NCBI GenBank assembly: GCA_046861655.1
Contig: JBHIAI010000037.1
Location: forward strand, 1-14,976
Direction of reading: 5' to 3'
Length of the DNA: 14,976 nt
Source of the DNA: Fidelibacterota bacterium
Lineage (GTDB): Bacteria; Fidelibacterota; Marinisomatia; Marinisomatales; S15-B10
Made by a program: the position numbers and the translations under genes. Positions within the stretch are counted from its first letter, which is position 1; every line of letters begins with the position of its first letter. Positions 1-7,141 of this stretch are shown here, in pieces. Under the pieces are notes generated by a model that saw only the letters and a program-made list of their open reading frames with translations, was not told the origin of the DNA and made no database searches.

Positions 1-401
1 ATGTTGACGACACCGAATTCATCCGCCAATCGGCGGACCAATGTTCTTCTTGAATCCAACCTGTCTGTCACCAGAACCACAACGTTGTCCGGGCCGGGAG
101 ACCGGCAGGCCTCCAGCAATTCCTCCCGGTTCTTTCCCCTGATCCGAGCAGGCTCAAAGACGACAAACAGCCTGGGTTGGGCAAACATGGGAACACCGTT
201 GAGTTCCCGGATCAGAGCCTCGGAATCACCTGCGTCAGGTACCCAGACCGACCGCTCCAACTCACCTTTTTCTTTGAGGGCCTTTTCGAGCTCCCGGATG
301 AAATAATCTTGTAGAAAGTAGTCATCCCCCGCCAGAAAATAGACGGGACGGATGTTCCCTTTCTGGACGTGCTGAATCTCGGTTTCGATCCCCTTTTTCA
401 C
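1..401 (-). CDS. holA: DNA polymerase III delta subunit, N-terminal part (runs off the left edge)
   Basis: Not in the ORF track; translated by hand from GTG at 401 (GTGA overlap with the symporter stop at 398-400): MKKGIETEIQHVQKGNIRPVYFLAGDDYFLQDYFIRELEKAL...ELNGVPMFAQPRLFVVFEP...PDNVVVLV. PVYFLAGDD and PMFAQPRLFVV match the HolA PVY(L/F)LxGE(D/E) and (S/P)(L/M)FxxxRLVVV motifs. The frame is open to base 1. Confidence 0.85.
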   Translation of the reverse strand, partial: MKKGIETEIQHVQKGNIRPVYFLAGDDYFLQDYFIRELEKALKEKGELERSVWVPDAGDSEALIRELNGVPMFAQPRLFVVFEPARIRGKNREELLEACRSPGPDNVVVLVTDRLDSRRTLVRRLADEFGVVN

Positions 402-1828
402 GATTTCAGACTCACCACAATTACAGCAACTCCTGCCAGAAGGAATCCTGGAACCAGGGAATAAAGGTGCAGACTCAAAGGCGAATTGTCCCAGATTATG
501 ATGGTTAAGAATCCCACGATCATGCCGGCCAGGACACCGTTCCGGGTGGTCCTTCGCCACCACAGGGAGAGGATAAGGGCGGGACCGAACGCCGCTCCCA
601 GTCCTCCCCAGGCAAAAAGGACCTTCTCAAATATGGATTTGGGAAGCTGTGCCAGGAGTATTCCGGCAGATCCGATCACCAGGGTAACGATCCTCGAAAG
701 CCGGACCAGCTGAGCCTGACCTGCGTCAGGATTGATACTCTGGTGATACACATCCTCTGACACCGCCGATGTGGTCACCAACAGCTGAGAATCCGCCGTC
801 GACATCATGGCAGCCAGGGCACCACTGATCAGGATACCTGCTATCCACCCGGGGAAAACGGTCATGGCCAGCTCGGGCATCATTTTCTCAGGATCGCTGA
901 AATAACCGGCTCCAAAATACCCCAGGGCAACCAGCCCCATGAGAACGGCGCCCCCATAGGATAGAACGGACCACACCATGGCGACGGAACGGGCACTTCC
1001 CACTTCCTCCACGGAACGGATACTCATGTATCTTACCAGGAGATGGGGCTGACCTGGATAGCCCAGTCCCACACCGAATCCCCCCAGGATTCCAGCCACA
1101 AGAGGCCATCCCTTTCTCCCTCCGCTCAACGTGAGAAGTTGGGGATCGATGGTCTTTATTCCCGCGGCCAGTTCGTCCCACCCTCCCAGCTGGTAAAGGG
1201 TCACCAGGGGCAAAACCGTCAGTGCAGTCAGCATCACGAACCCCTGAACGAAATCCGTCCAGGCCACCGCCAGGAATCCGCCCATGAGCGTATACAGAAT
1301 AATGATGGCAGCCCCCGTTAGCACTCCGGATACGTGAGTCCACCCGAACGTCTGTTCAAGGGACTTTCCTGCTGCATCAAACTGAGCCGCGATGTAAAAG
1401 CTGAAACAGAAGGCGATGATTCCCGTCGCCACAAACCGGAGCGTGGGGTCGTTACCCCCGAATTTAAGCTCAAAAAAGCGTGGGAGAGTCAAGGCGTTCA
1501 GTTCTGCGGTCTCCCGCCGCAGTCGCTTGGCCACAAGGAACCACGACAGGGCCACGCCACACACGCCGCCAACGGCTGTCCAGAAGGCGGGTTGAAGTTT
1601 CGACCCGGAAGGATCCCCCAGGCCCGTAGCGTACGCCAGACCGGTCAGACCCAATAGCATCCAGCCGCTTTCTCCTGAGGCTCTCTCTGAAAAGGCCACC
1701 ACCCACGGGCCCAGTCTCCGGCCGGCGATCAGAAAATCAGGAAGGGTCTTGTTCAACCGTGCCGTGAGAAAAGCCACGATCAAGAGGCCAAAAAAATAGA
1801 TGATAAATCCGATAGCTGCGGGATTCAT
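398..1828 (-). CDS. putP: Sodium:solute symporter (SSS family), sodium/proline symporter PutP-like, 476 aa
   Basis: Highly hydrophobic multi-pass protein with PutP/OpuE-type motifs DFLIAGRRLGPWV, SGESGWMLLGL, AVAWTDFVQG, LGYPGQPHLLVRYM, AMMSTADSQLLV and AWGGLGAAFGP. The family is secure; proline as substrate is inferred. Confidence 0.8.
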   Translation of the reverse strand: MNPAAIGFIIYFFGLLIVAFLTARLNKTLPDFLIAGRRLGPWVVAFSERASGESGWMLLGLTGLAYATGLGDPSGSKLQPAFWTAVGGVCGVALSWFLVAKRLRRETAELNALTLPRFFELKFGGNDPTLRFVATGIIAFCFSFYIAAQFDAAGKSLEQTFGWTHVSGVLTGAAIIILYTLMGGFLAVAWTDFVQGFVMLTALTVLPLVTLYQLGGWDELAAGIKTIDPQLLTLSGGRKGWPLVAGILGGFGVGLGYPGQPHLLVRYMSIRSVEEVGSARSVAMVWSVLSYGGAVLMGLVALGYFGAGYFSDPEKMMPELAMTVFPGWIAGILISGALAAMMSTADSQLLVTTSAVSEDVYHQSINPDAGQAQLVRLSRIVTLVIGSAGILLAQLPKSIFEKVLFAWGGLGAAFGPALILSLWWRRTTRNGVLAGMIVGFLTIIIWDNSPLSLHLYSLVPGFLLAGVAVIVVSLKS

Positions 1829-1829
1829 G

Positions 1830-2591
1830 TCAGATCAGTATGACCGTTCCGAGCACCAGGCAGTAGGCTCCAAACCAGTGGAAGTTGCCCTTGCGAAGGA
1901 TTCGTAACAAGACTTTTAGGGCCGCGAGCCCAGCCGCAAAAGAGGAAACAAACCCCGCACCGAGCACCAGGGCGGAATCGAGGTGGGAAGCTGCCTGAAG
2001 AAAGTCACCCATCAAAAGGGCGCCCGAGCCCACAAGCGCAGGGATGGCGAGCAGGAATGAAAACCTGGCAGCCTCCCCGGAAGGGAGCCCCAGCATGATT
2101 CCGGAACCGATGGTCACCCCCGATCGGGAAATGCCCGGAACCAGACTGATCGCCTGGGCAAGACCCACCACAAGAGATTTGCGTCCGTTCATCCCGGATC
2201 TCCCGGACCGAATGAACCTGGTCAGAACCAGTACGGTGCCCGTGACCAGGAAAGCCAACCCTACCGCGGTGACATTCTCAAACAGGGGTTCAATGCTGGA
2301 CCGGAGGGTCCCCCCCGCAAGAGCAATGGGAATGGTCCCGACCAGAAGATACCCGAGAAACGACCGGGTTTCTCTTGAGGAAATGTGGGTGATCAACCGA
2401 AGAATATCCCTGCGGAATACTACCAGAATACTCATCAATGTTCCCAGATGCACCGTCACCTCAAAGAGGATACCCCGGTGACTCAAACCCATCAGGTTCT
2501 CAGCAACCACCAGGTGGCCCGAACTACTGATGGGCAGAAACTCTGTAACCCCCTGAAGAATACCGAGAAAGAAGGCCTCCAAAAGTGTCAA
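1830..2591 (-). CDS. uppP: Undecaprenyl-diphosphate phosphatase (BacA family), about 253 aa
   Basis: Motifs LGILQGVTEFLPISSSGHL, VHLGT, PGISRSGVT and ARFSFLLAIP. Start moved from the ORF-track 2957 to TTG at 2591, which has AAGGAGG just upstream (2596-2602) and overlaps the pgeF stop as TTGA. Confidence 0.93.
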   Translation of the reverse strand: MTLLEAFFLGILQGVTEFLPISSSGHLVVAENLMGLSHRGILFEVTVHLGTLMSILVVFRRDILRLITHISSRETRSFLGYLLVGTIPIALAGGTLRSSIEPLFENVTAVGLAFLVTGTVLVLTRFIRSGRSGMNGRKSLVVGLAQAISLVPGISRSGVTIGSGIMLGLPSGEAARFSFLLAIPALVGSGALLMGDFLQAASHLDSALVLGAGFVSSFAAGLAALKVLLRILRKGNFHWFGAYCLVLGTVILI

Positions 2592-3313
2592 CGATCCTCC
2601 TTCAAGGCCATAACGCAAATCATTCTGCCTGCATCCGTACCGTCCCTGCGATAGGAGTGAAATCCGAGGGAATCGCAGGAAGTGCAACGACCGTCCTGGG
2701 TAATGTTTGCCGGCTCCACTCCCCACGACTCCATCTGCAGCCGGTTGGCAGCGGTTAAGTCCAGATGACAACCCCCTTGGGCATTCCGGAATTGAACTCG
2801 TTGGTCGAACCGTGAGCCCACATCCTGGGCTACCTCGTAACAACAGGGACCGATGGACGGCCCCATGAAAACCTCCACCGGGCCGGGATTGATTCTGGAA
2901 AGAGCCCTCATGCGCTCCAGGGCTCTTATCACGATTCCCCGGGATGTACCCCGCCATCCAGCATGGACCAGCCCGATGATCCCTTCATCCGGGGCGACCA
3001 TGAAAATGGGGACGCAGTCCGCCGTCTGAATACAGAGAGCCAGATCCTCCCGGACGCTCACCATACCGTCACCGTCACCCACCAGACCGGCGGACCGGGC
3101 CACAAAGATCCGGTCGGAATGAATCTGCCTGCAAAACGCGGGCTCCATGCCGTCCAGTCCCACAGACACGACGGCTGAAGAGAGTTCCGACTTCAGGGGG
3201 TATGGGAAGCCGGATTCTCCCAGGATCATGTGGGACCTGACCCCTCCGGAAGAAAAATGAGAGCTAAAATCGAGAGCCCGGCGGGATGGTATGTCGTGAT
3301 TTCGGGGACTCAG
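2588..3313 (-). CDS. pgeF: PgeF/YfiH family protein (peptidoglycan editing factor / purine nucleoside phosphorylase-like, DUF152)
   Basis: Motifs QIHSDRI, DGDGMVS, LCIQTADCVPI, HAGWRG, GPSIGPCCYEV, CTSC and FHSYRRDG..AGRM. The start is uncertain: ATG at 3229 (213 aa) or in-frame CTG at 3313 overlapping the upstream stop as CTGA (241 aa). Confidence 0.88.
   Translation of the reverse strand: MSPRNHDIPSRRALDFSSHFSSGGVRSHMILGESGFPYPLKSELSSAVVSVGLDGMEPAFCRQIHSDRIFVARSAGLVGDGDGMVSVREDLALCIQTADCVPIFMVAPDEGIIGLVHAGWRGTSRGIVIRALERMRALSRINPGPVEVFMGPSIGPCCYEVAQDVGSRFDQRVQFRNAQGGCHLDLTAANRLQMESWGVEPANITQDGRCTSCDSLGFHSYRRDGTDAGRMICVMALKEDR
2596..2602 (-). promoter_or_regulatory. Shine-Dalgarno site for uppP embedded in the pgeF 3' end
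   Basis: Minus strand reads AAGGAGG-atcg-TTG ACA CTT TTG GAG. Confidence 0.7.
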
Positions 3314-5262
3314 GGGGATTGTACGGTGTGAGTGAGCAAGGAGTCGGAATTGAATTCCCCTACCGTAATGAAACCGCCGTTCTGGTAGGATAGAACGTAC
3401 AGGGAGGTATTGACCCGCTCCCGGTTTTCAGTAAAAGAGAAGATCTTGCCCCGGCCCCGGAAGGATTCGGCCCCTTTCAGGTTTTCAAGAACAGAAGCCC
3501 GGCTGGGCTGGTCTCCGATCTGCCCCGCCAGGAAGGTCATGATATCGTACCCGAAGAGCGCCATTCTGTGATCATCACCCTCTTCGAGAAGAAGCTCGTC
3601 GGAGGGGATTTCCCCCTTTTTCCTGTCCCACGGGTTCACGTGGTCCGAAAGAATCACAATGCCATCGATGTTAGGGCCGATCATTTCCTGCCCCAGTTCC
3701 TGGGCGTCGTACCAGTTGGCGTTACCCAGGAGCTGGGTGTCCAGATAGTAGGAGGAAAACTGGGAGGCTACGTAATTGATATCGCCACGGTGAATCGGGA
3801 AATAAATCCCTTCGATACCATTCAAAACGACTCTGCTGGAGTCGATAGAGGAGAGAGAAGACACCCTTACCTCTCGCTCAGGGAAGAAATCTCTCTCCGA
3901 GATGAAGAATGTATTGTCCGCAGTGTCGAGCTCAAGACTCAAAGAACCGGGCCCTGACCTGAGGTCCGTCAATCCAAAGGCTGTCTTTCTCAGGGAAGAA
4001 AACTGCGCCCTGAGGTCCACAGGTACCCCCGTGTACCATTCCACCGCCACTATCTCAGCCCCCAGTTCGTCAGCCCTCTGGACAAAGCCGTCCGTCAGCT
4101 GCTTGCCGAAATAGTCCGCCGGTGTTACTACGGCCAGAGCCCTGAGACCCATGGCTGACACAGCATATTCGGCAGCATAGCGGCCCTGGTTGACCAGGTC
4201 CACAGTCATCTGGAATACGTTGGAACCGATGTCGATGAGTCCCACTTGGGTGGAAAGAGGAATCAGAACGGGAATATTGTTCTGTGAGGCGGCAGCCGCC
4301 GCCGTAACGGAATTGGGCGTCGACAGAGGACCGACAATGGCCACCACGTTGGGATTGGCCATGAGGGTTTTCATACAGGAAACGGTGGTAATGTCCTCAC
4401 CTGCGTTGTCCATAACTTCCAGTACGATTTCAACCGGCTGGCGCTCCCGGACGGTCTGGACCGCTTCCTGCATCCCCCGTAGAAAGGACGTGCCGTAGGT
4501 CTGGTCGTATCCACTCAGGGGGAGAACCGCTCCGATAATGGCCACCCGTCGCTCTCCATGATAGGTTCTCTGCTTCAGAGCGGCATAATCGTCCATGAAG
4601 GACAAGGGGATAGACTCCACCTCCATTCGGAACAGGGTCAGGGCCGCTTCGTCTACCTTTCCACTCGCCAGAAAACGGTTGGCCAGCATGAGGGTTAGAA
4701 TCGACCGGCTCGATGTGTCCGCTTCCACGGCCAACAGGTCCCTTATTTCTTCCTCGTTCAACAAACCACCGGCCAGATGAGCCAGTTTGTCATCAATACG
4801 ATAGAGGGCAGAATCGCCCTCTGCCTTCTTCCGGGCTTGCAGATAGCTCTCGAGGGCGGACCTGTATCGCCCTTTCGTAACGAAGATGTCTCCGAAACAT
4901 TCGTACACATCATCCCCATAAGAACTCTTGGGGAATCGAATCAGGAAGGACCGGCCCACATCCATGGCCTCCTCAGGCCTTCCGGCGTGAAAATAGGACT
5001 TCATGGTCATGAGGGTGCTGGCCGTCAGCCGGGCATTTTTCTCCGGCGGATAGTTCATCAGGCGACGGAAAATGTCGAGAGCACTGTAGTAACGGCCGGC
5101 ATTATAGTGCTCCACCCCTTTCTCGAAGAGCCGCGCGGATCTGGAAAACTGAAAGAATTGAACGGGATCCCGGGCGTAGGTACCCGGGGGAACAAGAAGA
5201 GTTGTCCAGAGCGCGATCCACACCGCACACAGGGCAAATCGCGCCGTTCGTGAATGTCTCAT
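3310..5262 (-). CDS. Secreted protein with N-terminal TPR-like repeats and a C-terminal type-1 periplasmic-binding fold (LppC/LpoA-like penicillin-binding protein activator or ABC substrate-binding-like), about 650 aa
   Basis: Likely start is ATG at 5262 (ATGA overlap with the glmS stop). Signal-peptide-like MRHSRTARFALCAVWIALWTTLLVPPGTYA; TPR-like LFEKGVEHYNAGRYYSALDIF, FLIRFPKSSY and GRYRSALESYLQA; periplasmic-binding motifs IGAVLPLSG, VVAIVGPLST, YFGKQLTDGF and ALFGYD. Function is inferred. Confidence 0.7.
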   Translation of the reverse strand: MRHSRTARFALCAVWIALWTTLLVPPGTYARDPVQFFQFSRSARLFEKGVEHYNAGRYYSALDIFRRLMNYPPEKNARLTASTLMTMKSYFHAGRPEEAMDVGRSFLIRFPKSSYGDDVYECFGDIFVTKGRYRSALESYLQARKKAEGDSALYRIDDKLAHLAGGLLNEEEIRDLLAVEADTSSRSILTLMLANRFLASGKVDEAALTLFRMEVESIPLSFMDDYAALKQRTYHGERRVAIIGAVLPLSGYDQTYGTSFLRGMQEAVQTVRERQPVEIVLEVMDNAGEDITTVSCMKTLMANPNVVAIVGPLSTPNSVTAAAAASQNNIPVLIPLSTQVGLIDIGSNVFQMTVDLVNQGRYAAEYAVSAMGLRALAVVTPADYFGKQLTDGFVQRADELGAEIVAVEWYTGVPVDLRAQFSSLRKTAFGLTDLRSGPGSLSLELDTADNTFFISERDFFPEREVRVSSLSSIDSSRVVLNGIEGIYFPIHRGDINYVASQFSSYYLDTQLLGNANWYDAQELGQEMIGPNIDGIVILSDHVNPWDRKKGEIPSDELLLEEGDDHRMALFGYDIMTFLAGQIGDQPSRASVLENLKGAESFRGRGKIFSFTENRERVNTSLYVLSYQNGGFITVGEFNSDSLLTHTVQSP

Positions 5263-7097
5263 TCCACCGTTACGCTCTTCGCCAGGTTCCGGGGCTGGTC
5301 CACATCGCACCCTCGCAGTGTGGCCATGTGATAGGCCATAAGCTGCAGCGGAACGGTGGCCAATAGGGGAAAGACAACCCGGTGAACCCTGGGTACCCTG
5401 ATGACATGATCCGAAAGTTCGGCAAGCTCATCCGAATCGCCGTCGGTAACGGCTATGATCTTCCCGTTTCTTGCCCTGATCTCCTGGATATTCGAGATGA
5501 CCTTGTCATAGGTGCGGTCTTTTGGAGCGAGCACCACCACCGGCATTCTCTCATCGATAAGGGCGATGGGCCCGTGCTTCATCTCCGCTGCTGGATACCC
5601 TTCGGCATGAATGTAGGAGATCTCCTTGAGCTTAAGGGCTCCCTCCAGGGCCACGGGGAAATTGAGTCCCCGGCCCAGGTACAGAAAATTTTGAACCCCG
5701 TTGTATTCCTCCGCAATGGCCCGGATAGTGTCTGACTGCCGGAGAACCTTGTCCACCTGCTTTCCGATATCCCACATCGCCCGGCCTATCTTGACCGCCT
5801 CGGACCGACTCAGTCTTCCATCTTTCCCGAATTGGAGAGCCAGAAGTACAAACACGGCCACCTGGGAAGTGAAAGCCTTGGTGGAAGCCACGCCGATTTC
5901 GGGACCCGCGTGGGTGTAAATGCCGCAGTCTGTCTCCCGGGCGATGGTGCTACCCACCACATTGCAGATGCCCACCGTCAGGGCGCCCCTTTCTTTAGCC
6001 TTTCTCACGGCCGCCAGGGTGTCGGCCGTTTCACCCGACTGACTGACGGCGAAAACAACCGTGTCTTTGTCCACCACGGCGTTGCGGTAGCGGAATTCCG
6101 AGGCGTACTCTACCCGGGTCCGAAGTCCGGCGTACTCCTCCAAAAGGTAAGCGCCGATGAGGGATGCATGCCACGAAGTACCGCAGGCGGTGATGTAAGA
6201 TGTGTGAGCAGATTCTATGCGGTTGAGCTGGTCCTGAATCCCCCCCAGATGGGCCCTGCCGCTGCTTGGAATGATACGCCCTCGCAGGGTATCGGTGATG
6301 CTGTGGGACTGTTCATGGATTTCTTTGAGCATAAAATGGGGAAATCCCCCCTTTTCGATCTCCCCCAGGTCAAACTCGATTCTTTCCACCTGTTTGGTGA
6401 CCACCTGATTATCACCGATGCGCCGTATTTCGTAGGTACCGTCCCGAATGGCCGCCAGATCACCGTCGTCCAGGTAGATCACGTTCCGGGTATACTCCAC
6501 AATCGGGGATGCATCCGAAGCCACAAAGACTTCTTTTTCGCCAACACCCAGGACCAGGGGGCTTCCCATGCGGGCTGCTACCATGGTGTCAGGGTGGTCG
6601 GCACATACCACCACGATCCCGTACGCTCCCACCACGTCCCGGAGAGCCGCCTGAACGGCTTCAGCAAGGGAAAGGGAATCGGACCGGTGGAATTTGCCGA
6701 TGAGCTGAACCAGTACCTCCGTATCTGTTTCACTGGTGAAAACCACACCCTCCTTCTCCAACACTTTCCTGAGAGAATCGTAGTTCTCGATAATCCCATT
6801 ATGGACCAGCGCAATCTTCCCGGTCTGGTCGCAGTGAGGATGAGCATTCGCTTCACTGGGGACTCCGTGTGTCGCCCACCGGGTATGACCGATACCCAGT
6901 TGACCCCGGAGGTGAGAGTTCTCTACCTGCTTACCCAGATGCTTCACCTTACCCTTCTGCCTTACCCTCTGAATCATGCCGTCGTACACAGTGGCCATCC
7001 CGGCTGAATCGTATCCCCGGTATTCGAGCCGCGTGAGTCCGGCCAGAAGAATGGGGACCACGTCACGGGTGCCCGTGTAACCGATGATGCCGCACAT
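5259..7097 (-). CDS. glmS: Glutamine--fructose-6-phosphate transaminase (isomerizing), 612 aa
   Basis: N-terminal MCGIIG (catalytic Cys), RLEYRGYDSAG, GHTRWATHG, HNGIIEN, SQSGETADT, ALKLKEISYIHAEG and C-terminal PRNLAKSVTVE. Confidence 0.98.
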   Translation of the reverse strand: MCGIIGYTGTRDVVPILLAGLTRLEYRGYDSAGMATVYDGMIQRVRQKGKVKHLGKQVENSHLRGQLGIGHTRWATHGVPSEANAHPHCDQTGKIALVHNGIIENYDSLRKVLEKEGVVFTSETDTEVLVQLIGKFHRSDSLSLAEAVQAALRDVVGAYGIVVVCADHPDTMVAARMGSPLVLGVGEKEVFVASDASPIVEYTRNVIYLDDGDLAAIRDGTYEIRRIGDNQVVTKQVERIEFDLGEIEKGGFPHFMLKEIHEQSHSITDTLRGRIIPSSGRAHLGGIQDQLNRIESAHTSYITACGTSWHASLIGAYLLEEYAGLRTRVEYASEFRYRNAVVDKDTVVFAVSQSGETADTLAAVRKAKERGALTVGICNVVGSTIARETDCGIYTHAGPEIGVASTKAFTSQVAVFVLLALQFGKDGRLSRSEAVKIGRAMWDIGKQVDKVLRQSDTIRAIAEEYNGVQNFLYLGRGLNFPVALEGALKLKEISYIHAEGYPAAEMKHGPIALIDERMPVVVLAPKDRTYDKVISNIQEIRARNGKIIAVTDGDSDELAELSDHVIRVPRVHRVVFPLLATVPLQLMAYHMATLRGCDVDQPRNLAKSVTVE

Positions 7098-7141
7098 GTC
7101 TTACAATCTCACTGTCCTAAACTCTATGAGGTAACGCCTTC

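Noticed and set aside
1..306. 101-aa plus-strand ORF at the window start
   Set aside because: Ser/Thr/Arg-rich shadow of the minus-strand holA frame.
2592..2957. N-terminal extension of uppP in the ORF track (375 aa)
   Set aside because: It lies inside pgeF in another frame. BacA similarity starts at LTLLEAFFLG, where a TTG with a strong SD exists.
5263..5310. Upstream start at 5310 for the TPR/periplasmic-binding protein
   Set aside because: It overlaps the conserved glmS C-terminus. ATG 5262 gives a proper signal peptide and an ATGA overlap.
5832..7007. 391-aa plus-strand ORF antisense to glmS (likewise 8634..9605, 13591..14310 and the other short plus-strand or nested ORFs)
   Set aside because: They overlap well-conserved minus-strand genes and show no recognisable domain.
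7098..7141. glmS ribozyme or other riboswitch upstream of glmS
   Set aside because: The spacer is only 44 nt, far too short, and no strong hairpin or terminator is visible.
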